Of a stretch of 64,000 nt of DNA, positions 27,476 to 40,918 are shown piece after piece. A model generated the notes under the pieces. The model made no database searches. It worked only from the letters and a program-made list of their open reading frames with translations, and was not told the origin of the DNA. Where the stretch lies: assembly GCA_951406725.2 (NCBI GenBank), contig OX597830.1, forward strand, positions 74,276,001 to 74,340,000, written 5' to 3'. This DNA comes from Octopus vulgaris. Lineage: Eukaryota. Each line of letters opens with the position of its first letter. The stretch's first letter is position 1. A program made the translations under genes and the position numbers.

Positions 27476-28158
27476 AACACACACACATAAATATATGCTC
27501 ACACAATCACACATTGTATACAAACATATACATAAATGAATATGTATGTATATGTGTGGGCGTATATGTATTTGTGTGTGGGGGGGTGCGTGCGTGTGTG
27601 TGTGTGAAGAGAGAGGCATACACCTATTGTGGGGTTCTTAGCAAATACTTAATATTAATTTGGCAAAAACCTTTATGTGACTGTTTTCAAGAGGATAAAA
27701 TTCAGAACAAACATATAGATCAAACTAAATAACACATAAGTCAAGTCAAATATGTCTGGGAATAAAAACCGATTTAATGATTCTCTTCGTGTCTTGTATT
27801 TAAGAATATAACTCTAGTGACAAGTGCGGATGAGCAAGATAGAACACGTGACCTCAGTTTGGGTTCAATATTGTTAAAGATTGGTGTGAAATATCCTACA
27901 AAAGAAACGAAGTTTTTTGTAGACATAAGCGTTAGCGTGGCTGTTTGGTAAGAAACTTGTAGTATAGTTTTTCTCATCAATGCCTTATATTTGACTTTGG
28001 TAGAAGACTTACGTGAAAGCCCGTCATGTATAAACGTATACACCTATGTGTACACATATTCCTATGTGTGCGTGTCTTTACCTGCAAACGCATCTTAGCA
28101 GTTCGGCATAAATCACCATATATATAAATCACGGTACGTGTGTGTATAATGACTAACG

Positions 28159-28630
28159 CATACATTTTCACAATTCTCCACTGATGTTCACCAAAGTTTA
28201 CACACACATTACTTATGTCCGGAGGATGGTCATGCACTATAACATTTTGCCGAGAGCCTCCTGCATAATGGACGTAAATGGACATAGCTTTCTGTACGTA
28301 GCGTCTTCTATACTTTTAAAATGTTTTTATAAAAGTGAAAGGATTTTGGTGATTTATTTATTTCCACTGTACACCAGCGACGGTTATCAAATTGACTACG
28401 AATTCTGAACTCATACATTTCCACAATTCTCAACCGATTTTCACCAAACTACACACCTTGTCCCAAGGATGTCATGCACTATATCATTTTGCCCAGAGCT
28501 CCTGCGTAAGTGGACATAGATTTTTGTATTTAGGGTTTTCCATAACTTTTTAACCCTTGTATAAAATTGAAAGGGTTTTGTCTATTTATTTATTGCGGCT
28601 GTCCACTTGCGACATTTATAAAATTGATTA
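28159..28630. repeat. Diverged tandem duplication (about 253-bp period)
   Basis: CATACATTT(T/C)CACAATTCTC..TTCACCAAA..GTCATGCACTAT..CATTTTGCC at 28159 and 28412. Confidence 0.75.
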
Positions 28631-29432
28631 ATAATACGCGATGACTATCCAATACCAAACAATCTTAATCTCCATATTTAAACTGCATTAAACTTTGGAA
28701 AGCTTACCTTTACCCAATTCTGAGTTACTTGAAAGGTAATGTTCCCTTCCCTCTCAACTATTTGTTGATACCTTTGTTTACCTACCGATGCCTTGTTTCA
28801 CTTTAAGGATGCTGATTTACCCATCCCTTATGATATTTCGACTGTTCTCCATTGTTTCAAATACGTTTTAGCATTGTCGTTCTAGCCTTTTTTAAAAAAT
28901 CGCATATGATTCCTCCCAAAGAATCAACATTTAAATAAGCGTTTTAGAAATTTTTCCGATTCTGTCTTTTGCATAATGGAATTAATACGAGTAGGCAGAA
29001 AAAAAGAAAAACTTTTTAAAATTAAATTCTTTCCCACCACTTTTTTTCTAATTCATGGTTTTAAAATATGGACAGCTCGAATCTACGATTCTTTCTCTTT
29101 ATAATTTCCGAATATTTTTTTAATACATTTATGGAAAAAAAATCAATTGAGGGTTTTCGTACTTTTTCACATAATCATCGAATTTATATGTGAACTACCA
29201 GTGACATGATGCATGTCCATCAGCAATATTAGCAGACAGACAGCCGTACAGTGGTACGGCATATTGTCCAAATAGAAGAAAGCTTTCTTTTTAAGAGAAA
29301 AAAGTTGAAAGTGTGGTGAAGAACTTTTGGCTACTTATGATAGTCGTAACCGACGGTGTGTCAGTTTTATTTTATGTGTGCGAGTGCATGAATAAAGATA
29401 TAGTTAAAACAATACGTACACACCCACTTCAT

Positions 29433-29496
<64 letters not shown>

Positions 29497-29642
29497 CGAG
29501 AAGAATACAGTATACGTTCAAACACAAAAGAGATACCCGAAGAATAGGATATCTGACTCGCTAGAAAGAGCAGTTACAACTCTAAGCCACCAATTATTGT
29601 AATTCCGGAAGTGATTGAAAACTAAGAAACTTTTACCTTAAT

Positions 29643-29729
29643 CCTAGACACTACAAGGTTTCTGCAGACTTAAATACAGACTGAAATAAAGTAACCTCAG
29701 CCTATATCTGGTGCTTCTTCTTCAGTAGG
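29643..29729 (-). ncRNA. Hammerhead ribozyme candidate
   Basis: Minus strand: CCTA-CTGAAGA-..AGATATAGGCTGA/TCAGTCTGTATTT stem..-GAAA-C..G-TC^TAGG. Helix I is perfect and the core intact; the base of helix II is imperfect. Confidence 0.6.
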
Positions 29730-29884
29730 TTGCCAGGAACGAACACATAGACACATAGCGATAAATAGCCCGGAACGTGTCTATAGGTTATAATTTTTCG
29801 AATCTACCGCGCAGATGCCGAAATTCAACCAGCACTAAATAAATAAATTGCCGATTTTCTTCCAGAATTAGCCCAAAAATATTT

Positions 29885-29971
29885 TATATCATTAATTAAA
29901 ATCTCAGGGTAGCAAGAATATTAATCGAAATATTTCGATGAATATCCTTGCTACCCTAAGATTTTAATCAA

Positions 29972-29978
<7 letters not shown>
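29885..29978. repeat. 94-bp loopless palindrome
   Basis: Centred on CGAAA-TA-TTTCG, with 4 mismatches between the 47-bp arms. Confidence 0.92.
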
Positions 29979-30055
<77 letters not shown>

Positions 30056-30212
30056 CTGTGTGTCTGTGTGTGTATGTTTGTATGTATAAATATATATATA
30101 CAACAAAGCCTAATGGTGTGTATTTTCTAAAACTACTTTAAGGACAAACGGTTTTCACAATGAATTCCAATTTAATCGGAATCTACACAATCTGAAACAT
30201 ATTTTTCTTTCT

Positions 30213-31030
30213 TTATTTTATTTTATCCAGTTTCAGCTCACGAGCTGTGGCCATGCTGGGGCACCGCCATTTGGTGTTGCTACATGATTTTACTTCACGA
30301 ATGCTTTTAACAATTGCTATTTGGTGCATGAGAGAGTTCGATGCAGCTGCCCTCATCTGAACCACCTGTCGTGAAGTTGGTTCATCTGGGACACCTGACA
30401 GGAAGAGTTCCAGTTTTATTTTAAAGACATCTGCATCCACCCCATGCATGTCTCTCAGAGTCTTCGGGAGGATATTGAAGAGCTGTGGGCCTCGGAAGCC
30501 CAGGCTATCACAGTATCTTGTCCTACGTCTTGATGGCAAATTTGGAGTCCTTGGCACTATGCAGTGGCGCCCAGTTCTGGCATTTGTGTAACTCTCGATG
30601 CCAAAGTTTGGGACAAGTCGTTCTAGGATCTTCCAGATGTATATTATGGCATATCTTTCTCGCTTACGCTCTAAGGAATAGAGTCTTAATCTCTTGAGTC
30701 TTTCCCAGTAGCTTATATGCTGCACAGAGGCTATCTTCTTCGTGTAGCTTCGTTGGATCGCCTCAAGCTCTGTGATTAACCTGACACTGGATGGTGATCA
30801 TAGCTGAGAGCAATAGTCAAAGTGGCTTAGGACAAGTGTCCCCCAGAGGACCAACAACGTTTCCTGGTCTCTTGTTCCAAAGGTTCCAAGAATCCATCCG
30901 GTCAGCCCACATTTCATTGCCAATTCAGCAACATGCACATGAACGGTTGCATCATCACTCATGCAAACACCCAGGTCTCGCACCGACCGTGCCTCCGGGA
31001 CCGCAATCCCCCCAGGTCCAGTGTATCCAT
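30213..31030 (-). mobile_element. 5'-truncated LINE (CR1/L2-like) ORF2 C-terminus and 3' tail
   Basis: ORFs [29 protein letters not shown] and HISYWERLKRLRLYSLERKRERY are typical post-RT motifs. The element ends in an (ATAAA)n tail. Confidence 0.88.
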
Positions 31031-31146
31031 TGGGTACTGCACCTAGTTTTGCATGCTGAAAATTTCATTAAGAAATATTTCATTTCCTCAAGGGCATGAA
31101 GAAGCAAATCTTTGGGACACAATTGTGAAGGTACGTCGAAATATAT

Positions 31147-31238
<92 letters not shown>

Positions 31239-31263
31239 TTATATATATATATATGTATATATG

Positions 31264-31335
<72 letters not shown>

Positions 31336-31341
31336 TATATG

Positions 31342-31377
<36 letters not shown>

Positions 31378-31509
31378 CAATAAAAATAAATAATTTTCCT
31401 GTGGTTTATCATGTAACCAACAATTATTTACCGGTAAATTTCGGTATGTAAATACGACAAATTAATTGTCAAGACCTTTGTAAGGTTCAATATATATATA
31501 TACACACAC

Positions 31510-31540
<31 letters not shown>

Positions 31541-32054
31541 ATTTATATATGTTTCCGCATGTATTTATATACGTATATGTATAAGTTTCAGAAGATATGA
31601 AAATAGTGGAATAAAATCACTCCTAATGAGAAATCTTCCAAAGATCTCTTTCCTTAATTTTTAACTACTGTTTCTGGCATACGCAATTTTGACTTTGAAG
31701 TATTTAAAAAATTATTTGGAAATTATAAAGAGAAACGAATAGTAGATTCGGGCTGTCCATATTTTAAAACCAGAGTTTGCCAGTAGATTGACTGCAATAT
31801 AAATGGTGGCAGGAGATGGTGCTTTAACGCCAGGACAATAAACAATGAATTGGCTCAAAAAGATAGGACCGATGTGTTCTTAAGAAGCTCACTTTTTAGC
31901 CAAATGTTTCTAGGTTCAGTCCTACTGCATGGTATCTTGAGTAAATGCCTTGTGTAGAAATTTGGAGGCGAAAACTTTAAAAGCTCGTTGCATGTATGTT
32001 TGTATGTATGTATGTATGTATGTATGTATGTATGTATGTATGCATGCATGCATG

Positions 32055-32086
<32 letters not shown>

Positions 32087-32721
32087 GATGGATGGATGGA
32101 TGGATGGATAGATGGATGTATGTATGCATGCATGTATGTATGTATGTATATATGTATGTATATATTATGAATATATTGGTGTCAGGTCTATAATAGCTTG
32201 AAAAGCCATGTTGGTTTGTTTACATCATTGTAAACAGCTGCTCTTTAAAAAAGGACGATGAAATGATTATCAAACTTCAAAATTTAAGTACGGGGTCATT
32301 GTTTTCGGCAGAGTAGTAGTCCGATGGCTGAAACAAGTAAAAGTTAGAAGAAAAAAAGAACTGGCAAATATTTAAAAACTAAGCACAAGAAAATAATAAT
32401 CTCCTTAAAGCAAATCAGAGCCCAGGACAAACCAATAATGAATTTCAAACTGAAATTCTTCAGACTGGTTCGAAGAGAAACGTTAATCGTATAAATCAAG
32501 GCTGATTCTTCACACCACTAACGGTAATAATACACACACACACACACACACAAGTTCCCTTTCTTCCCCTCTCTCTCTCTCTTTGTTTCACTCTCTATCT
32601 CTGTCTCTCTCTCACAAATTCTTTTATAGTCTTTTTATTCTTGTTTTAGTTACTTGACTACAGCCATGCTGGAGCACCGCCTTGAAGGGTCTTAGTGAAA
32701 CAAATCGAACCCACGACTCAT

Positions 32722-32777
32722 TGTATGGTTGTGTCCCATTGGATGAAACAATTCAGCGATATGTGAATATGCATTTA

Positions 32778-32817
<40 letters not shown>

Positions 32818-33009
32818 TATGCATATATAACAAATGATAGAGACAGAAAACGGAATATACGAGAAACTTTATTTCTCACAACGAATATTTCGACCCGTCT
32901 TGCATTGATTCCTTGCGGATGAAATACTATACAGCTGATTGTGGTGCATCCCTCGATGCTGAAGTGTGTCGAGGTGATTTTTCAAGGGATATGTCATTAA
33001 ATAAACCCT
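32722..33009. repeat. Dispersed repeat (family E), direct copy of 34509-34768, interrupting a family A SINE
   Basis: TGTATGGTTGTG..TTCGACCCGTCTTGCATTGATTCCTTGCGGATGAAATACT..ATTAAATAAACCCT occurs in both. Confidence 0.85.
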
Positions 33010-33209
33010 AGTACTTATACTCTCACACTCTTTTGCCGAATGTCTAAGTTACTGGGACGTAAATACACCTACACCAGCGATGGTGGGGAGACGAACATAG
33101 TCACAGACATACACACAGCCACAAAGACACGCAGGCACACATACGTGTACATATATGTATCACTATACATATACACGTATCAACTTTCTGTCTTCTACTA
33201 TCTATCTAT

Positions 33210-33244
<35 letters not shown>

Positions 33245-33330
33245 TCTCTCTCTCTGTATGCATATATATATATATGATTCGCCATGATAGATCGCTAGCC
33301 ACAACACATTCTTTATTTTCTCTCCTTGTT

Positions 33331-33368
33331 TCTTTCTGTGGAAGAGCGTAGGCTTGAAACGTTAAAGA
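33331..33368 (+). ncRNA. Ultra-minimal HHR-like motif with CUGUGGA core (family D)
   Basis: TCTTT-CTGTGGA-A-GAGC(GTAG)GCTT-GAAA-CG-TT^AAAGA. Confidence 0.5.
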
Positions 33369-33590
33369 CTTCTTCAATTCCCCATCCTTAAACTAATACA
33401 TCTGTTTGTTGTCTACACCATCTGCCTTTTTTTTTTTTTTTTTTGAGAATTCTCCATAGAGTTATCCTAAAAAGCGCGTTGGCTTTATAATTTATACCAC
33501 AGACTTACCAGGCCATTACTCAGGAGTAAATCTGAAATCTATTCTTACGAAAGAAAATTATGTGTGTGTGTATGTGTATACTTATATATA

Positions 33591-33626
<36 letters not shown>

Positions 33627-33777
33627 TACATACATATAAGCATACATACGTGCGTATCGTTACGTTAATCCACAAGTAAAATCCCATGGTTATCGTTTAC
33701 ATCACGCAACTTAGCAGTTCAAACAATATGGACTTTTATATATAATCAATATTGAAGCAACTCCTGGAATCGATATT

Positions 33778-34042
33778 CTTTTACTCTTTTACTTGTTTCA
33801 CTCACTTGACCGCGGCCATGCTGAATTATCACGTTTAGTCGAAAAACTCGACTCCATGACCCATTCTTTTTAAGACTAGAACTTAATCTATCGGTCTCCT
33901 TTTTCCGAACCACGCTAAGTTACCTGGACGTAAGCACACCAACATCGGTTGTCAAGCGATGGTTGGAGGACAAACAGACGCACAAATACATACATACATA
34001 CATACATACATACATACATACATGCATACATACATACATACA

Positions 34043-34078
<36 letters not shown>

Positions 34079-34344
34079 CTCTTTTACTCTTTTACTTGTT
34101 TCAGTCATTTGATTGCGGCCATGCTGGAGCACCGCCTTTAATCGAACAACTTGACCCCGGGACTTATTCTTTTGTAAGCCCAGTACTTATTCTATCGGTC
34201 TCTTTTGCCGAACCGCTAAGTAACGGGGACACAAACACACCAGCATCGGTTGTCAAGCAATGCTCGGGGAACAAACACAGACACACAAACACACACACGC
34301 ATATATATACATATATACGACGGGCTTCTTTCAGTTTCCGTCTA

Positions 34345-34398
<54 letters not shown>

Positions 34399-34508
34399 GA
34401 CGGGCTTCTTTCAGTTTCCGCCTACCAAATCCACTCACAAGGCTTTGGTCAGCTGTAGGCTATAGTTGAGGACACTTCTCGAACTTGCAATGCAGTGGTC
34501 CTGAATCC
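33778..34508 (-). mobile_element. Two family A SINE copies in tandem
   Basis: CTCTTTTACTTGTTTCA tails at about 33780 and 34080, each followed by family A body. Confidence 0.85.
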
Positions 34509-34581
34509 TGTATGGTTGTGTTCCATTGGATGAAACAAGTTAGCGGTATGGGAATATGTATTTATTAATGTACATATGCAT

Positions 34582-35400
34582 ATATTACAAATGATAGAGA
34601 CAGTAAACGGAATATTCGAGAAACTTTATTTCTCACAACAATTGTTTCGACCCGTCTTGCATTGATTCCTTGCGGATGAAATACTCTACAGCTGATTGTG
34701 GTGCATCCCTCGGTGCTGAAGTGTGTCGTGAGGTGATCCTTCAATGGATATCTCATTAAATAAACCCTGTTTCGCTCGTTTCTTTTTAAAAATTAAAGCA
34801 TATAGTTAGTGACCGTAGTTTTAAGCCTTTGGGTGGGAATAGAAAGTGACAGATTCCGTTGCAATGTTATTAATTATTACAACACGGACCGACCCAGTCC
34901 CGGCACTGCAGCAAGAGTTCATAGAATGTTGTGCTACTAATGAGACCGGCTGAAAGACAGTGTGTGTGTATGCATAATACCCCCAGGGTTTGTATGGTAG
35001 TATTTATATGTACACTTACGCATAGAATGTTTTACGTCATCGTATATTTTATTTTCTCATTTTTATTATTTACTCCCTCTCATTTGTTTGCTATTAAACA
35101 CATATAGACAGAGTAGCTGGTATTAACATTGCAACGGAATCTGTCATTTGCCATTCCTATCCAAGGGCTGAAACATCAGGTCACTAAGAACAAGGTATAT
35201 TAAAACTGAGCGAAAGAGAGTTTATTTAATGCGATACCTCTTGTAGAATCACATGACGAGACGCTTCGGTACCGAGGGATGCGCAAAAAATATTACAGTA
35301 TCCATACCACCAGCGATCGACGCAAAATGGGTCGAAAAGAACTCTGAGAGCAATAAAGTGTCTTGTATATTCCATTTGCTGTCTCAATCCTTTGTCATAT
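34582..35400. repeat. Diverged inverted repeat of family E (about 290-bp arms)
   Basis: TGACAGATTCCGTTGCAATGTTA pairs with TAACATTGCAACGGAATCTGTCA, TTTCGACCC with GGGTCGAAA, and the flanking similarity extends outward. Confidence 0.8.
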
Positions 35401-36107
35401 ACTCGACGAAGCTGAAGAACTCTTGAGGTGGGTCCAGCGGTAGTTATAAAAATACTGTGGTTAACATCAGGTAGCCATAGACGGTGAACGTGCTTCACCA
35501 GCAATCTGCTGGGTATACATAGATACCCAAAGCTTGAATTATTAGTTATGCATACATATATTTATATAACGTAGAGAGAATGGGAAGGGATTAGAATATT
35601 TTTCTTTGAGTGTGTGTAAATATAAAAGTGTGTGTGTAGCTGTTTCTGTTTGTGTATGTAGTTGTCCATGTGTGGATGACTTTGCATGTAGATTTTAAGA
35701 CATCCATGCATATATTTGTTAAACCATCCATGCATATATTTGTAGGTGGCGAGTGTAATGATGCCTGTGCGAGGAACAGAGTCGTGCAGTTGTCTATAAC
35801 TGATCGATGATGACGTCCGACTTAAACTTGCATAAAAACGTGATGAGATGAAGCGTCGACACTGTACACACATGGGTGAGTTCCAGGATAATCACTTACA
35901 TCAGGCAATCAAAACAAAAACAAAAATTACACCTGCTTTAGAAACGAGTGACGAGCACTTAGCGACCAGTTTCCATGTCGCAGACATTCTACGTGTAACT
36001 TTCCATTGGTATCCTGTGGGTCAAAATTAATAGAGGTTGGGCTGAAGTGCGCTTCAGCCGGTGCGTAACTGCACGCATGTACTGATACATGCGTTTTAGT
36101 GTGTGTG

Positions 36108-36157
<50 letters not shown>

Positions 36158-36184
36158 TATATATTAAGAACAAACTTATATATT

Positions 36185-36226
<42 letters not shown>

Positions 36227-36264
36227 TATATATTAAGAACAAACTTATATATTTATATATATAC

Positions 36265-36307
<43 letters not shown>

Positions 36308-36540
36308 ATATATATATATATACATATATAATTTCAACAATTGAGGGTAAAATTAATTAATTAATCAATTTCACCAAGTATTCAGTATGCAAAGGGACCA
36401 TTTAAGGCGAATTCAAATTATTACATTATATAAACGGGCTTAGTAAAATAAATTACTTTGCCGCGTACTGAACTCATTAGAAATAGCAGCTAAAAAAACT
36501 TTTTTAAAACTATTTCCAATACTTAAAGAAAATCTCTCTC

Positions 36541-36611
<71 letters not shown>

Positions 36612-37098
36612 AATATATAAGTTTATTCTTAATATATATATATATATATATACGCGTGTGCGTTTGTGTGTGTGTGCTTTCATTGTGTGTGTATATATAT
36701 ATATATATATACATATATATAAAACTCTCTCTCTCTTTCTCTCTTTGTCTCTCTCTCTATATACATATATATTAATATAGACATATATACGATATGTATA
36801 TAATTATGCATATATGTGTGTGTATATGTGCATGTGTGTGTGTATATATAATCCAAGATATAAGACAATGAAATCTTGTAACAGATCTTTAATAGTTCCT
36901 TACAATTGTTTCAGTAACAGCTCTGTTTGTAACACCAGTCTACGCAAAAACTCGAAGTGAAAATGTATGCAATAGTAATGGTTTTAGAAATCAGAGTGGC
37001 ACTTGATCAAAGTTGCATCAAAGGTGAAGTCTTACTCTGTGCGTCTTCGAGAAATGCCCAATGGAATACCCACCTACCATTATACCCTACTCGGATCT

Positions 37099-37161
<63 letters not shown>

Positions 37162-37242
37162 AGGTTTGGTGTATGTGTATATATATATACAGGTATATAT
37201 ATATATATATATATATATCTATATCTCTCTCTCTCCCTCTCA

Positions 37243-37307
<65 letters not shown>

Positions 37308-37455
37308 GTGGTGGGGTGCGATACATATATACATAAATATATATATACACATATGTATGTACTTGTGGATGCATATATACCTGTAAATGCATGCACATAA
37401 ATTTGTGTATAAACATGCATGAATGTGTGGTTGTGTATGTGAATGTGTGTCTGTA

Positions 37456-37500
<45 letters not shown>

Positions 37501-38112
37501 GTGTATGTGCAGAAGTGTCATCACTTTGTTGATCATCATGACGATTACTCGCACTGATTGTTAGAAAGTTTTCTGTCACTTGATTGTATATCTGTTTAAA
37601 TGTCTTTGCCTTGATCTATGCATCTGGATGTGTATGTGTATGCGTGTGCGCGCGTGTGTCAACATCTGCGTACGTTTCAGTCCGTTTCGTGTGTCTGTGA
37701 ACTTCCTTTGTTTGTTTGTTTGTTTTTTGTGCTGTTTTTGGTTCGATAGTATTCTTTAACTGTTGTCATGTTTATACAAGCGCAGATAGTGATAGTGCGT
37801 GTTGGACGTCTGCATAGGTCAAGGTAGTACATTTATATTTATATATATATGTGATACCTGCTTGTGTGTGGGGGCGGTATGTTTGTTTGCTTACGTATCT
37901 GTGCACGTGTTAGCTTCCGCATGTGCGTGTGCACATACATATACGATTGTTTATTTAGAATCAGCGTCCACACCGTGGTAGATACAAAGACTTGCATGAA
38001 TAGACAGAGAATTATTAGGAATTAATACAAAGAAATAGATTTTTAGGCAGCGACACAAATTGATCGAACCACTATGTATATATGTGTACACACACACACA
38101 CACACACTCACT

Positions 38113-38172
<60 letters not shown>

Positions 38173-38174
38173 CA

Positions 38175-38218
<44 letters not shown>

Positions 38219-38288
38219 CATATGTGTGCAACAGACACTTCATTTGCGCCTCCGATAAATTCACTGATCTTTCAACATCAAATATATG

Positions 38289-38345
<57 letters not shown>

Positions 38346-38366
38346 TTGTATATATATATTTATATA

Positions 38367-38484
<118 letters not shown>

Positions 38485-38518
38485 TATATATTTATATATA
38501 TATATATATATATATATA

Positions 38519-38569
<51 letters not shown>

Positions 38570-39042
38570 TATATATATATCTATGTATATATATATATAA
38601 TATTTTGATCTATATAAATGTGTTATAAACAATGTGTTTGGCTTTAATATAACTTATCAACGATTTTCCATTTTATACTTAATAGTCTTTTATGCTTACT
38701 TCGACGGAATAGCATTCCTATGGCTTTCAATCTTGTAAAATTACTCCATCTTCGGTATAATTTATCTGGACAACTAGGATGTCATGCTACTTACGCACTC
38801 GAAGTGTTCACGCACTCGAAGTGTTAGATATTTGTCTGTTATATCGAACTTTAGTATACATGTTATACTTTAATTTATGTCTACCAAAATCATGAATGGG
38901 AAATTGTCAGACATGCTAAAGAATTTGCTAATGTAAGGAAGTAAAGGTTATAACTACCTATTATGTATGTGTATTTGCTGTGTGGTAGTCGAAAATTTTC
39001 AAAGGGACTACGTTTTACCTTATAGTAATTGCTAGCTAGAAA

Positions 39043-39407
39043 GCGGCGAGCTGGCAAAAATCTTTAGCACGCCGAGCGAAATGCCTAGCCGTATTTCGTC
39101 TGTCTTTACATCCTGAGTTCAAATTCCGCCGACTTCGACTTTGCCTTTCATCCTTTCGTGGCCGATAAATTAAGTACCAGTTACGCATATAATCGACTTA
39201 ATCCGTTTGTCTGTCCTTGTTTGTCCACTCTGTGCTTAGCCCCTTGTGGGTAGTAAAGAAATAGGTCTTTACGTACTGAGTTGAGATTCCGCCGAGGTCG
39301 ACTTTGCCTTTCATACTCTCGGGGTCGATAAATTAAGTACTAGTTGCGTACTGGAGTTGATCTAATCGACTGGTCCTTTCCCTAAATATTTCGGGCCTTG
39401 TGCCTGG
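39043..39407 (+). mobile_element. tRNA-derived SINE (family B), dimeric, with TSD
   Basis: GCGGCGAGCTGGCA head, GAGTTCAAATTCC B box, and GCCTTTCATCCTTTCG..GATAAATTAAGTACCAG central domain. TSD AGTAATTG(C/T)TAGCTA at 39024 and 39408. Confidence 0.88.
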
Positions 39408-40172
39408 AGTAATTGTTAGCTAAGGATTGAAAGAATTTTATGCAACGGTAAAATCTTGGTAAAGCTCATAAAATATTTTAAGACTAATGTATTAGTTATG
39501 TTGATATTTTGGTATATTGTTTATCATTGTTAAACTTTCCCGAGAATAAACATATAATATTTTAAATATTCCATTTTCACAAATGTCTTCATACTCAGAT
39601 ATAAATGGGAAAATTTTCAGTATTCCCTTTTACAAAATATAAGATAGAAACAGTCAGCTACGAAAAGCAAAAGAAGGAAATTTTATACGAATTCAAATCC
39701 GAAACTAAACCGGAAATGATAAACAGAGTTTCTGAAAACCACTTCCAGTATACTCATTAGCCCAGAACGCGTATATTTTGGTAAAGGAAAGCGCTTACAC
39801 ACATAATACACACTATCAGCAAAGTTCTTCCTCAAAGACTAGCGACATTCTGTTAAATAAAATATTTTCTTTTTTTGTTAATAAACGTTAATTTTTAAAG
39901 TATCTTTATTATCCTGTTTTAGTCTCATTAGGCTACAGCAACTCCAGAGCAACGAATGGACCCCAGTGCTTATTTTTCATTTAAACCTGGTCTGTGTCCT
40001 ATCTCAGCGTAAGCGCTAAGTTATGGGACGTAAACAAACGAATACCTGTTGTTAAGCGGTGGAGCACAACAAACCCAGGCGTCAAGATGCACATGCATAG
40101 TTATACACACACACACACATGTATGTATGTATATATATATATATATATATGAATATATATATGTATATACAT

Positions 40173-40763
40173 AGGCGTAGGTGTAGCTGTGTGAGCTTGC
40201 TTACGAACCACATGGTTCCCGGTTCAGTCCCACTGCGTGGCACCTTGGGCAAGTCTCTTCTACTATAGATTCGGGCCGACCAAAGCCTTGTGAGTGGATT
40301 TGGTAGCCGGAAACTGAAAGAAGCCCGTCGTATATATGTATGTATATATACGTATGTGTGTGTATATGTTTGTGGGTCTGTTTGTTTTTTTCTGCCCCCA
40401 ACATCGCTTTACAACCGATGCTGTTGTGTTTACGTCCCCTAAATTTAGCAGTTCGGCAAAAGGAGCCGAGAAAATAAGTACTAGGCTTACAAAGAATAAG
40501 TCCTGGGGTCGTTTTTTTCGACTAAATGCGTTGCTCCAGCAAATGACTGAAACAAGCAAAAGAGTAAAAAAGAGTAAAGAGTGCATATATATATATACTC
40601 TTTTACTCTTTTACTCTTTTACTTGTTTCAGTCATTTGACTGCAGCCATGCTGGAGCACCAACTTTAATCGAGCAAATCGATCCCGGGACTTTTTCTTAA
40701 ACACACCAGCACCGGTTGTCAAGCAATGCTAGGGGGACAAACACAGACACACAAACACACACA

Positions 40764-40801
<38 letters not shown>

Positions 40802-40918
40802 TACGACAGGCTTCTTTCAGTTTCCGTCTACCAAATCCACTCACAAGGCTTTGGTCGGCCCGGGGCTATAGTAGAAGACACTTGCCCAAGTTGCCACGCA
40901 GTGGGACTGAACCCGGAA

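Noticed and set aside
35746-35881. Exon-like segment bounded by TTGTAG and GTGAGT
   Set aside because: All three plus frames contain stops and no partner exons were identified.
38685-38760. Minus-strand CCGAAGA..GAAG hammerhead-like motif
   Set aside because: It has two core changes, the stem consumes core nucleotides, and helices I and III are weak.
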